Assembly: GCF_018977255.1 (NCBI RefSeq)
Contig: NW_024704742.1
Location: 2,110,001 to 2,174,000 of the forward strand
Direction: 5' to 3'
Source of the DNA: Callorhinchus milii
Taxonomy: Eukaryota
Length of the DNA stretch: 64,000 nucleotides
A program made the position numbers and the translations under genes. Shown here piece after piece: positions 50,063 through 62,291 of this stretch; position 1 is the stretch's first letter; each line of letters begins with the position of its first letter. The notes below the pieces were generated by a model. It searched no databases. It was not told where the DNA came from and saw nothing but the letters and a program-made list of their open reading frames with translations.

Positions 50063-50949
50063 TGAGGTTGAAGACTGTGGTACGTGATGTGACAATCGAG
50101 GAACAACTTGTTGCTGGTAATGGGGTCGACGGTAAAGAGAGTATTGGGGAAAGATCAAATCAAACAGGCTGAAGAACCTTCTTGCTCAAGACTGGCTCCA
50201 AGACGCTGGCCCCGCGCGAATGGCAAGTTGTCGTTCTCGTGCAATTATCACAATAACAGCAGTTGGAGCAAATTGCATTGATCTGGCGCCCTTCCTGTAG
50301 GATAAAGCGAAGGCTGTCGTTTAACATTTGTACGGTGCTTTTCGTGTCAGAAGAACGTCTGAAATCTCTTCGCGCCGCGGGCCAGTGCAGGCCACAAGGC
50401 TACGAAAACCTTTGAGACACGACCAAAAGAAAACTGAGAGAATACGTGATTGAGGCGTTTAATTCCTGCAGAGGCTCTGTCTGATAAGGTAAATGGTGAG
50501 AAACGACTAGTTCCGCTTGCAGGGAAGTGGGACTAAAAGGGTTGCCCTTTGAGAATATCAGGGGCGGGTTCTCCTTGGGTGCTGTAAATTTCCATGATTG
50601 TCTTGTGGGAAACGTTCAGCCTGAAATTGCGGTGGGTGTTGGTGCCGTTCAGCTTGTCACAGCAGTATGTGTGAGGGTAATCAGCCGGGCCAGTAGAAAA
50701 GCGCGGAGATATTTGCCCAAATTGCGGGGAAATTTGCCCGCGGGATGCGAGGGGCTTGATTGGTGCCATTGAGGGGACATTTTACTGCCAACCTACAGTT
50801 TTTTTCACTTGATGGCTAAAAACTGAACGCGAGGAAACAGCACGTACTAACTAGATTGTTGAATTTTTTTTTATTGATTCATTTCTTCTTTAACAGTAAC
50901 TGGGTGGCCCATTTGGAGATCCACCAGCTCCTGCCTCTCAGGGCCAAAC

Positions 50950-51312
50950 ACCGCACCACACCACACCATCACCACACCACACGCAGACACAGAGACTCAA
51001 AGAGAGACACACTCATACCCGGAGACACAGAGAGAGAGAGGGAGTGATTCTCAGCGCGAGGGAGAGACACACACACACACACGTACACTCATAGCCACAA
51101 AGAAACACACAGACACACAGGAGAGAGAGACGCACATGTACGCATTCACACTCCTAAACACACGCGTACACATTCACACAGAGACACTCCTAAACACGCG
51201 CGTATCTAGAGAGAAGAGGCAGGCGCGGACACACTCACAAACGTACAGAGAGAGAGAGAGAGAGAGAGAGAGACGCGCAGACACACTCACGTAGAGGCAC
51301 TCACAAACGTAG
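50950..51312. repeat. Mixed (CA)n/(GA)n low-complexity tract
   Basis: Direct inspection. Confidence 0.9.
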
Positions 51313-51700
51313 AGGAGTGACGTCAGATAAACAGCGCGTGAGGCCAGGGGGAAACTTCACCATTCGGAGGTCTCACAGCTCTTTCTAGCTGTTTCCGCGG
51401 AGAAATTGCGGGCACACTTTTCCACGGGCCCAACTCGTCAGCAGCTGTCGCACGTCGCACCCAGAGCTGTCGACTGCTTTTCGTTTACGGCTGATGCGAT
51501 AATTATCGCAGGTGAAAACGCCACATGGTGCCTTTTCCCTTCAAGAAAAAAAGGTCTCGCCTCATCAGCGTTCTTCAAAGTTGAAAACAAACGCACGATT
51601 TGTTTTGTGTGGCGCTGTCTCCCTTCCTGGCCCGACTTGTATTCTTTCAGTGCTACGTCAACTTATCAGTCTGGTCTGGTCTCTTCGGAGGTCAAGTAAA
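51313..51700. promoter_or_regulatory. CpG-rich candidate regulatory element with a full CRE
   Basis: TGACGTCA at 51318-51325; retained CpGs; no recognisable repeat. Confidence 0.35.
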
Positions 51701-52454
51701 TCAGAAAAGCAATCATTCCTGTCAGAATCACTGCAGCGTTCATGGAAAGAGAGAGAGTGAGAGAGAGAGAGGGGAAAAAATTACAAGTGCAGATCTTGTC
51801 AGTTGGCTTTCATTCATCGCAGAAAGTCATCATTTATTCAGCTGTACACTCTTTCAATTCCATAGTGTTAAGTAGCAACGGCCGTAAATAATTCATTAGC
51901 TAAAAGGATTTATGGAGAAGTCAGGGACCTCAAGGTTTGGCCTCGTGCAGTATAAGGTGTAAGCGCAAATCAGTTGGGGTGTGGGAGTGTCTATGCATTC
52001 TTCAAATCCGTTGAAAGCACTAACTCAAGCCCCACCTTAAGACTTGGAAGCACATCGTCCAAGCTCACACTCCAATGCAGTGCTGGGGGGTGTACTTGCC
52101 TTTGAGAGAGGTGTCGTCCTTCAGATGAAATGTCAAACCGTGGTCCCAACTGTCTATTTAGGTTTTACCAACTGAATCAGGTTCGCAGCTCGCATTGCAT
52201 TTTTTTTAAGGCTGCGCTTTAGTTAATAATCCTAAAATTGGCACAGGAGCCCAGTATACTCCTGCGTCGAATTATTAATGAAGTCTGGTTGTGTAGAGTT
52301 TTTAAATATTCAAAGGATTCTTGGAAAGATGTATGAAGTTGGAAGCCTTAAAGAGACAATCCTATAGAATCTGTAAACCAACCCTGGACAAATTTCGGGT
52401 TCTACAGCCAGTCACCAAGCCAGCGTGCGGGGAAACAAATATACCCTGACCGGA

Positions 52455-52835
52455 CCAGCTCCGTTGGTAGTACTCTTGCTTTGGAGTCAGAAAATTGTGG
52501 GTTCACACCCCACATCGGGGATTTGAATTCACAGGCTGTAGGCTGACACTTCAGTGCGAGGGTAAGGTGCGTTTGGAGGTGTCACCTTTCGGATGAGGTG
52601 TTAAACCAAGGTCCCGTCCGCATTTAGGTTAAAGATCGCATGGCACTGTTCGAATAGAGAAGGGAGTTTCTCCCGGTATCCTGGCCAAGAATCCCTCAAA
52701 TAAAAACAATTGATCGCTGAGCGCACGGCTATTTATGCAACGTTCTGTGTGCAAATTGGCTGCTCCGTTCACCAGCAATTGCACAGGACTACACCTCCGA
52801 TGCTGTGTATAACGCAAGGACTATTATTACTATCA
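52455..52835 (+). mobile_element. Deu-domain SINE, near full length
   Basis: tRNA-like head, CTTTCGGATGAGGTGTTAAACCAAGGTCCCGTC...AAAGATCGCATGGCACTGTTCGAA...CCGGTATCCTGGCCAA. Confidence 0.85.
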
Positions 52836-53224
52836 TTTTATTCTTCACTGTTTTTGTAACTGGAAATTAAACCCCAAACAATATTGTTTGTATCACACAA
52901 CAGCCGAAGCAGAAATTATATATATTTGGATTGGATTACAAGTGCCATTAATATTCCCTTTCGATTGGGCTTCTTGTCTCCCTCTATTGCAGTTTCATAC
53001 ATTGCAAAACAACTTACTGTGATTATTGCAATACCCAGCAGACTGCCTTCCACTAAGAACAAAATTACATTTGTTAGAACTAAACTTTTAAGCTGAGAAA
53101 AAAGCAAAATCTGCACAATTTTGAAAACTTTTGCGCACTTTGAAATGGGACAGGCTCATACATCATTTATCGTTCTCAGCCTCTCCTCACCATTTTAGCC
53201 CATTGTGAGCATTAAAGCCCGTAC

Positions 53225-53225
<1 letters not shown>

Positions 53226-53267
<42 letters not shown>

Positions 53268-53570
53268 CCTTGCATTTGATATAGCGCTTTTCACGTCGGG
53301 AGGACGTCCCAAAGCGCTTCACAGAACACACTGTAAAGTGAATTGACTGTATATTTGTGGGCGAACGCGGCAGCCAATTGCGCACAGCAATGTCCCACAA
53401 ACAGTCGTAGATTGAAAATGACCAATTTATTATTGTTTTGTTTTGGAGGGATTATTATTAGGCTCTGTGTGGAGTAAGGAAACTTGCCCAAGGTTTCGCC
53501 CTCTGCCTGGAATTGAACTCAGGGCTCTCACTTGCAAAGCGAGTGCTCTAACCACTGAGCTACAGGACTC
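53226..53570 (-). mobile_element. Young SINE, short form, full length, long (TTA)n tail (CTCCC loop)
   Basis: Near-identical to 38299-38633. Confidence 0.95.
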
Positions 53571-53584
53571 AACTAAATCCCTTA

Positions 53585-53782
53585 ATAATAATCATTATTA
53601 TTTGATCACTCAATCCAAGACTGTTTGTGGGGGACGCTGCTGTGCGCATTTGGCTGACACCTTTCGCCCACAAAATACACAGTCAATTCACTTTACGGTA
53701 TATTCTGTGAAGCGCTTTGAGACGTCTCGAAGACGTGATAAGGCACTGTATCAAATGTGAGGATTATTATTATTATTATTAT
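53585..53782 (+). mobile_element. SINE 3' half (TCGAA loop)
   Basis: Body, tail and (TTA)n. Confidence 0.88.
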
Positions 53783-53789
53783 TTTGTCC

Positions 53790-54032
53790 CTATTCTTGCC
53801 TCTCTCTTTGCCTCCTCCCTCTCCCTCCCTTTTCCTTTGTTTCCTCCCTCTCCCTTTCTCTCGCTCCCCTTTTCCTTCTCTCCTCCTTCCTCCCACTCCC
53901 CTTCTCTCCTCCCTCTCACTTTCCTTTCATCTCTCCAATCTTCCATTACCTCCTCCGTTTCCACTTGCTTGATCCAACTTGCCCCCTCTTCCCTCCTCTC
54001 TCCCCATTCACTCCCTCTCTCCCCCTCTCCTT
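53790..54032. repeat. Polypyrimidine (CT-rich) tract of about 240 bp
   Basis: Direct inspection. Confidence 0.9.
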
Positions 54033-54268
54033 ATCCCGTTGCTGAGACGTCTCAAAGCGCATCACAGAACATACTGTAAAATGAGTGTGTATTTTGTGGG
54101 CGAAAAGCGAAGCCAATTGCGCACAACGATGTCCCACAAATAATCGTGGATTGATTTTTTTTTTCAAAAGAGATTATTACCGCCGGAAAGAGGTCCGCCA
54201 ATTGACTAACAGCCGGGTTCCTACTTATTGCTAGAGTAAAGAGAGGCTTGTGGAGTAAGGAAACTTGT
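54030..54268 (-). mobile_element. SINE long form, partial
   Basis: CORE-like segment and body; the extreme 3' end is absent and abuts the CT tract. Confidence 0.85.
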
Positions 54269-54269
54269 T

Positions 54270-54432
54270 GCTCATGATACCAGGAGAAACTCCCTTCTCT
54301 TTTACTGAAGAGTGGGATCTTTATCATACCCCAGAGCAGGCAGACGGAGTCTTGGTTTAACGCTTCATCCGAAGGACTGCACCTTCAACGATGCAATGCT
54401 CTCCCAGCGCTGTATAGTAGCGTGAGCCTAGA
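54270..54432 (-). mobile_element. Deu-domain SINE fragment
   Basis: Reverse complement CCTTCGGATGAAGCGTTAAACCAAGACTCCGTCTGCC...AAAGATCCCAC. Confidence 0.75.
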
Positions 54433-54894
54433 ACTGTGAGTATAGATGGTGGATAAATACTGGATCTGGATTGGGGTATGACGCAAATGCTCACATAACC
54501 TGCCTGTCCTCATTGTCAAGGCTCATAAGCGAAGCTGCCCACTTGAGTGAGACTGCAGACATGACTGATGTCGTTGGAACTATAGGCAGCCGGCGTCACC
54601 TCCTCAAGAGAGGAGGAAAGAGGAAATTAGTGCAAAGCAAGCATCGATTTTATTTAAATGAAAACAATCAGTTTCTACGCGCTTAATTTGGAAGAGCTAA
54701 CTCAGCAAGCGCATCTCTGTAATAAAATCGGAACCCACCGGAATCTAAATTGCAGCGTTTCTGAAAGGGATTTCTCAATAACCGTTGCAAATGGGGAGTC
54801 CTTCCAGTAAATGGAAATATATCACGTCGGCATTTTGGGAAAGCCGCTCTCGGATTTGCACCGTAGAGCTTTTGAGCGTCTGGTTACTTGGGGT

Positions 54895-55105
54895 CATTGG
54901 TAAGTGAGGGATTGTCGGTCAGGACACTGGGAGAAACTCCCCTGTTTTGTTGAACCTTGCCGTGGGACTTTTAACTTTCACTTGAATTGACGCGTGGGGC
55001 CATGGTTTAACAGCTCGTCTGAAGCACGGAATCTCTCGCAACGCAATGCTCCGCAGCTCTCCATTGAAGTGTCAACCTGAACGATGAGCTTCACGCCCTG
55101 ACACT
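54895..55105 (-). mobile_element. Deu-domain SINE fragment
   Basis: Reverse complement CTTCAGACGAGCTGTTAAACCATGGCCCC...AAAAGTCCCACGGCA...GGAGTTTCTCCCAGTGTCCTG. Confidence 0.7.
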
Positions 55106-57699
55106 GGGCCACTAGTGGCTTCAGCTATCACAGCAGCGGACCTGAGGTATTTGGACCACATTTGTGTTCGACCATTGCGGGTTGAATGGAAGTTGTGGAT
55201 CTCCGAGGGTTTTCGTGGGCTGGGGCCCCCCGATACACTTTTCCGCTCACGTAAATCATTAATTCTGAAGTGAACGCCTTGTGAGTGGCACCGAAAGTGT
55301 TGCCGAAATACAATGAGAAATCAATGAAGATTTGCACGTACGTGGGTTTCTGAGCGCTGAACCTCTCCGGAGGAGGGGGGTTGACTTCTGTGCTTGCTCA
55401 GGAGACCGTCTTTTCCTCGATAAAATATTCGGTCGGTGAAAGGAAATCGGAGAGAATTAAACACAACAGCGCAAAGAAAAAATGAAAGGCGCGTTTGTAC
55501 TTTGGCAAGGCTCTTCGGGAAGTGCCCGGAACTCGCCGAATGACGAGAAACAGGTGAAATGTTCCGCTGCGGGGTAACGTTTGTCGCTCTGTGTAGAAAA
55601 TACGCAGTTAGCATAAATAATGGGTTCGTGGTGGGACACATACATCCCTTCTTTCAGTGTAGGCACAACAGTGATTTATGTCACACACAAACTGTTACTT
55701 AAGCCTATTAAAGGCTATAGGCGGACAGATTGGTCCCAAATACAGCGGATGAGAAGGGATTTTGCTTATCACTGTATTGTTACGAAACCATAGAATGGAG
55801 GTGTGACTCACGCCGCTGAAGGCTGGACCAGGTGAACGCAAACATTTAACATTAAAAAAATTATAATCTTTCAGCTCGCAGCCGCGTAATCCCCAGTCTC
55901 CCCGCAAGCTCGTGCTCTGAAACATATCAGCAGCACTGCCAGCATACTCCGGTGTCAGTAATGCAGCTTTCCTACTGTAGATTACAGTCCAGGTTCAATC
56001 CCAAGGGCAACGTTTTGAAAATATGCACATAACTAGGTTCAGCAAATGGTCGGAAGCTGGGTCAAAGTGATATGTCTTCACGTGGAATGCCTGTTCACTT
56101 TGCTGCAATGTATTCTAATCTTTTCACAGGTTAAAGCTTTCCGAAGTAAGAATTCCAGTCTAATAGCACGCACAACCGATATCCGTTTCCATTAAACTAA
56201 TCAGTTTTCAGTGCAGTGTAAAAAAAAATGTCTTGAGTAGGGCATCTCAAAGCGCTTCACAGGATATAACAAACTTGCATTTGTGTAGCACGCTTCACGT
56301 GGTGCAGTGTCTCAGAACGCTTACATATTGTGAAGTGTCGTGACTGTGTATATTGAAGGTGAATATAGCAGGTAATTTGTGTACAGCAATGTCTGGCAAA
56401 CAGCCGTGAAGCGACTCCAAGATATTTGGGAGTCAATCAAGTTCCTCGTGCTGCTGTTGTGGCAGTATTGCATCTTCAATGTGTTTTATAACCAGGATTC
56501 TGTAATATTATTTAAAACGCCAGTGTAGCTCACAGCATGATGTGTGTTTGCGATGTAAAATATTACTGAGCCTTTAATACGAGTGTGATAAATTTCCAAC
56601 CGCACGAGTAGGCGTATTTGTTTATCTTTTGGGTCACACAAGGGCATCTGCCTGATAGCATGCATGGGATCACCTTGGAGGAACCATAACATTAGCGCTG
56701 CAGTGCTATTTCCATTCTCAGCCAGCAAAACCGAAACCAAGCTAGCGTGCTGCAAGATCATAGGTGAGAAATTCCACCTGGGTCTAAATGTGCTCTCTTC
56801 ATGAAAGATTTTAGCGTGTGCGGTAATTTGGTAAATGCTTGGCTTTTTCTTAAATGACTTCCACACACAAAAGAAAATGGCTTTAAAAAATCAAGGCTGG
56901 GTTTTAAGAATTTGCCAAATTTTGGATTTGCTAAAAATTCTATCGAAATAGAGCGAATCTGGACCCTGACGGAATTTCTAGCCCAATGTTACTACGTGCG
57001 TTAGTTTGCAAAGAAACGGTAAGCAGTTTTTTTTTGTGTGTGGGGATTTTAACAGTTTATTATAGAGAAGTGAATGGGCCCATTTAATTACCAGCAGCTT
57101 GTATATTCGTTTCTTTCCCTCCTGCAGTGCAGTCTAATGCCATTTAGACTTGCGACAGCTTGAACGTGTGCCAAGTGACTACGCATTACACGTTCAGACA
57201 TATCAATCCATATGCAGTGAACGTCTTCACAATGCATTGCGGACTGTTGCTTCTGCTATCACTAATAGAGCCGATTCTGACAGCGAAACGTAAATCAGAC
57301 TCCTTCCGCGACATCTATGACTCCGGGTAAAAGTGCTATTTGTGAAGCAAATCATCCACTTGTAACCAGCGCTGGCTGAGACCTGGGCATTGATACTGTG
57401 GAGCCCTACCACTGCATGCAGTGCTGTACGTACCTGCATTGTGAGTTTCACACATCGCTCACTGCTTTTTTGTTAACCCGCAATGTTAAAGTCTGAGCCC
57501 GAGGGACTCATGCTGTAAATTAGTCTCGAATGTGTTTTCACAGCAGACAGCCAGCAAATGCGGGGCCTTACTCAGTGTTTATTTTGGCATCTCGCTGAAG
57601 GGAACCGAATAAAACAATCGGGTTTAAAAATATAGTGCCGCAAATCGAGATTTGGTTGGAAAGTCCATGTGTGTTTTGGACCAAACCCGGGATCATATT

Positions 57700-57932
57700 C
57701 TCCATCTCCCCTGCTCTCCAGAACTTACATCCAAGAGTCTCTTTGACTCGTTCCCTTTCTCCCTTTGTTCAAGGTCCACCTCAAGACCTGCCCCTTTGAC
57801 CACGCTTTTGATTATCATTCCCCTTCCCCACCTCTGGATCTGACTGGAGCTCCCAGCTCGGGTGTCCAGGCAGCATTGTCGAACACTTTGACATGACCTC
57901 TCAATGCGAAAGGCACCATATAATTGCATTGT
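57700..57932 (+). mobile_element. Old L2 3' end
   Basis: TGCTCTCCAGAACT...TTCAAGGTCCACCTCAAGACC...TTTGACCACGCTTTTG then a degraded tail. Confidence 0.6.
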
Positions 57933-58044
57933 GCTGTATTTCCCAAACGTCCACCTTAAGGTTGTAGCATTGCTCCATTGCCCTCATTATTCTGCCCTCC
58001 GCAACTGTTCTAACGGAGATTTTTGAACACATAATGTTGGCTTA

Positions 58045-58365
58045 CACTTGGATGCAGTGCTTGGGGGAGCTCTGCAATGCAGAGATGCTGCCTTTTGACG
58101 ACGTTTAAACAGAGGTCCCATCTGTCTGTTCAGGTGAATGGTAAAGTTCCGATGGGGGTATTGAAAAGAAAGGAGTTTCTTCCAGTATCTTGGCCAAACA
58201 TCCTCCGGGTAAAATTGAAACTACACTAGTTTGTGGGGCTTTGTTGTGTGAAAATCGGTTGCGATGTTCGTCTACAAAATGCACCGTCACTACATTTGAG
58301 AAACCTTGTGAAATGTTTTGAGATGTTATGGACATGACAGACACTGCAGCAAATGCAAGGATTAT
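58045..58365 (+). mobile_element. Deu-domain SINE
   Basis: GACGTTTAAACAGAGGTCCCATCTGTCTGTTCAGGTGAATG...GGAGTTTCTTCCAGTATCTTGGCCAA, then tail. Confidence 0.75.
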
Positions 58366-58475
58366 TTTTCAGATTATTAATGTTCCTGGATGAACGTTCT
58401 TGCCTTTCATTGTGTATTTAAGCCACTCGATTTAAGTGTAAAAAATGATAATTTTATGGTGCCTCCACTTAACAT

Positions 58476-58790
58476 ATAATAATAATAATAATCCTTGCAT
58501 TCAATATATCTCTGTCTCAAACTGCTTCACAGAATATACTGTGAAGTGAATTGACTGTATATTCTGTGGGCGAAACTCGGCAGCCAATTGCAGACAGCAA
58601 TTATTAGTATGAGTTTTTTTTTAAGCAAATATTCCCCCTGAAAAGTGATCCGCCAATCGACTAACAACCGGGTTTCTACTTATGGCTAGGTAAACTGAGG
58701 CGTGTGGAGTAAGGAAACTTGCCGAACATTTCGCCCTGCCCGGGAATCGAACCAAAGCCAGTGCTCTAAGCAATACCCAAATGGACTCCA
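58476..58790 (-). mobile_element. SINE long form with internal deletions
   Basis: Head GGAGTCC, CORE-like GGCAAGTTTCCTTACTCCACACGCCTCAGTTTACCTAGCC, tail. Confidence 0.85.
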
Positions 58791-59244
58791 CGGGCATATA
58801 GTGCCTTTCACATCGGAAAGATATCTCAACATCACGTATAAAGTTTACTGCCCTCATCTTAAGTCTGATCCTCAGAGCAGAATTTCAGGCACCGATACAA
58901 GATTGTAAAAATGATAGAAACACGTGTGTTACGTGGTCTTTAGTGTTTTTGTGCCATGTGGAATATACTTCTTGTTTCAGCACGCAAAATATTTGCGTCT
59001 TTTCTGTTGGAGAACGTCTGCAAAATGTTACTTGTTATGCGTTTGTCATAGTGAGTGCTGTAATGCTGAAATTGCACAAGAGCATTTCATTCGCATTCAG
59101 CTATTGCTAAGATTATGTTCAATTTTGGTTGCATTGAACAAAACTTGGCTTTCGCGAATACAGGGTTAAACAAATAAATTGAACAGTTCACTGAGGCTCC
59201 AGGTTTCGTTTTTATCCTGAGTGGGTCAGGCAGCACTTTTCACT

Positions 59245-59550
59245 TTGATTCCCGGACACCTCGAAACTTTGGGCAAGTTTCCTTAGTCCACACGCTTCTG
59301 TGTACTTAGCAGTAAGTAGGAACCCGGTTATTAGTCAATTGGTGGATCGCTTTCCAGGGGGTAGTAATCCCTTCAAAAAAAATTATAATTTGGTCGCTCA
59401 ATGCATCAGTTTTTTTTTAATTGTGTCAGAAGGTGGACCAAATTATTTTGTGGGTGAAACGTGGGCTGCCGCGTTTCACCCACGAAGTATACAGCCACTG
59501 AACTTTGAGACGTCGCAAAGACGTGATAAGGTGCTGTATCAAATGCAAGG

Positions 59551-59583
<33 letters not shown>
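59245..59583 (+). mobile_element. SINE long form
   Basis: TTGGGCAAGTTTCCTTAGTCCACACGCTTCTGTGTACTTAGCAGTAAGTAGGAACCCGG, tail, (TTA)n. Confidence 0.88.
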
Positions 59584-61209
59584 TGCATAGCAAATTGCAA
59601 TTTGCGTGTGTCTGGCACACATGTACAAGAGCTAACTCTCTACTCGTGACGGAGTAGAAAAGCAGGATAGGCAAACACGGTCGACCTGAATAAGAACGAG
59701 GTATCTTTTGGTGAAAACATTTTTTTGCGGAATAAGAACCCTTTGTATTTTTGGGGGTATGAAACAAACTCAAGACACAAATTCTCCTATTGCTGAGCAG
59801 TGAAAGCTTTGGTGAAACAGAAACATTGCGTTGGAGAACTTCTCCAGAGAGGCTTGCTCCTTCTTTCCCGCTGCACAACACTGAAGAAGCCAGTATTAAA
59901 GTCACTGAGCTCAGAAACTCTACGGACAGTTTGCTTTCGATCGCACATCCATAGTCCCTATCCTTGTACTGCTGTCGCATTGCTTCCAATGCAATTGCCA
60001 ATTGGAAAGGGCAGCCAAAATGATGGAGAGTAACGTGTGGTATGTAATAGGTTAATTATCACACTCGGCTACATTCAGCTCCCGGAAAGTGAAAACTGTG
60101 ATATTTCATGAGTGATTCGATGTGAATATCGCATCTGTTCTGAAACGTCGAGCTTAACACATTCAAATGTATCTGAGTTGGAATCTTTTAGGGAATGTCA
60201 GTGTTCACCGGGGGGTACTAAAGTGCTTTACTGTCGTAAAGCTACTCTATACAGCGCTGTGCTGTTCGACTCGAAATCCTCTGGGGACAAAAAAAAACCT
60301 CAAATAGGTGATACGGGCAGTAAGATGACAGCCATTAAATCAGGGGAGGGAGAGAATAGTATCCTCCTTGTGGATAAAAGGAGAAAAATAAGGAGTTAAT
60401 GGAAGATTTGTTCTTATCGCCCTGCACTGTACTGGAATGCCAGCCTCGATACGTTTTGACATGGGGCGTGAGCCCCCACAACCTCCTGACTCGGTGCTGC
60501 CAACTCGGCCAGGCTGACACCTCGACCAGTTTGCCTCAATAGGTTGATTTTCTCTGTTCCCGGAATGGCAAACGTCTGTCGGGTAGAAAAAAAAAGGCAA
60601 CCTTTCTTTGGGGAGGAGGAGAGTGGTGACAAGTGCTCCAATCTTGCTTTCCTGTCAGCCGATCGGCACGAGGTGTCCATGGCAACAGGGATGATGATAG
60701 AGGTACAATCCGCAATGATTAATAGCAGGCAAGTCGCAAAAATGCCCGTTTTCTCCTTTCTACTTGATTTTTTTTTAAAAAAAAACTTTTTCTCGTGGTT
60801 TTTTTTTTAAACCGCAAGAATACGCTTCACCGAGTACAGCTGGACGTCTACAGCCTGTAGCCATCTCCAGGCGGTTTGCATTGGTGTTCCCGAGACCTGC
60901 TATCCAGCCAGTGAGGGCTCAAATCTCCTGTCCTCCCCAAGTTATGGGCTCGTGCCAACTACTGCCTTAATACTCTCCGCAATTGGATGCATCCCTCCGT
61001 GGAGAAAGTACTCATTCCATTCCAGACCCAGGGAACGTTTTACGTGCAGATAGCATACGTAAGCGCGTTGACGGGCTCTGCCTGTGTCCGACACACGGCT
61101 GATCAAAACAGAAGCCAACCGGCAGTGAATCAGATCTGGTCGCGGTGGTTCTCTTGCCTCTAACATCGCCTCAGATCTTTGGCCTTAAATTGAAACGATT
61201 GCCTTAGAG

Positions 61210-61460
61210 TAATAAGAATAATAGTCGTTGCATTTGATATAGGGCCTGATCGTGCCATTGAGAATCTCAAAGCGCTTCACAGAATATGCTGTAAAGTGAA
61301 TTGACTGTCTGTTTCGTGGGCAAAAAGCGGCAGCCGATTGAGTCGTGGATTGAGCGACCAATTTTTTTTCTTTTGGAAGAGATTATTGTCTGCCGGATAG
61401 CGATCCGCTAAGTCACTCACAACCGGGTTCCTGCTGACTGGAGTGAGGTGAACGTGCCTT
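61210..61460 (-). mobile_element. SINE long form, degraded
   Basis: Tail, body and a CACAACCGGGTTCCT segment. Confidence 0.7.
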
Positions 61461-61775
61461 GAAATTTAAGTTCCCGCAGAATTTTTTGGAAAAGCCTTCA
61501 ATTCGGTTCAGATAGAAACGTAAATCTAAATCCCATGACATCGTTCGAAAAGAGAATGAGGTTTCTCCTGGTGTCCTGGTCGACAGTCCCCCGCGGTGCT
61601 GTGAAACCTGTTAGATTCGTGATTGTGGACGTGATGTCCAGCGATGACTGCCAACCGCCTTAAAGTGGTCACCGTAGCGAAGCGACTTAACTACAAACCA
61701 ATCGATTTACCAGCGGGATTGCAGGTCTGACGCGATCTCCATAGTAGCTCTGTTTTAGGATTTTAACAGCGCAGT

Positions 61776-62291
61776 CAACAACAACAGCAACAACAATAAA
61801 ATGACATTTATAGAGCGCCTTTCACGTCGGGAGGACGTCCCAAAGCGCTGAACAGTCAGATGTCGGGGCCCGAGCATGGGGGAGGGGTGGGGTAGGGGTG
61901 AGGGAAGGCAGAGAGGTGGGAGGGAGACCAAAGGCACGGTCGAAGAGAAGGGTCTTGAGACCGGCCTTGAAGGAGGCGAGGGAGGAAGCGAGGGGAGCCA
62001 GTGGAGTCGGGCGAGGGGGGGAGTGATGGGGTCACGGAGACTGGTGCGTGAGACTACATGAGCTGCAGAGTTTTGGATGATCTGCAGCTTGTGAAGGGAA
62101 GCGTTGGGAAGGCCGATGAGGAGGGAGTTCCCGTAATCGAGCCTTGAGGTGATGAATGCGTGGGTGAGGGTTTGGGATGCCTGAGGGGTGAGGCAGTGGC
62201 GAAGTCTGGCAATGTTGCGGAGGAAGTGGTAGGCAATGCCGTTCATGGCGCGGATGTGGGGGGAGAAAGGACAGTTCAGGGTCGAACAAGA
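61776..62291 (-). mobile_element. Young L2 LINE 3' part with an internal deletion
   Basis: HIRAMNGIAYHFLRNIARLRHCLT...HAFITSRLDYGNSLLIGLP...LQIIQNSAA...PITPPLARLHWLP, then a jump to the SLASFKAGLKTLLF region and tail. Confidence 0.93.

Noticed and set aside
56130..56145. Possible 16-nt microexon (TTTTCACAG|GTTAAAGCTTTCCGAA|GTAAGA)
   Set aside because: Not frame-preserving, with no supporting evidence; such matches occur by chance
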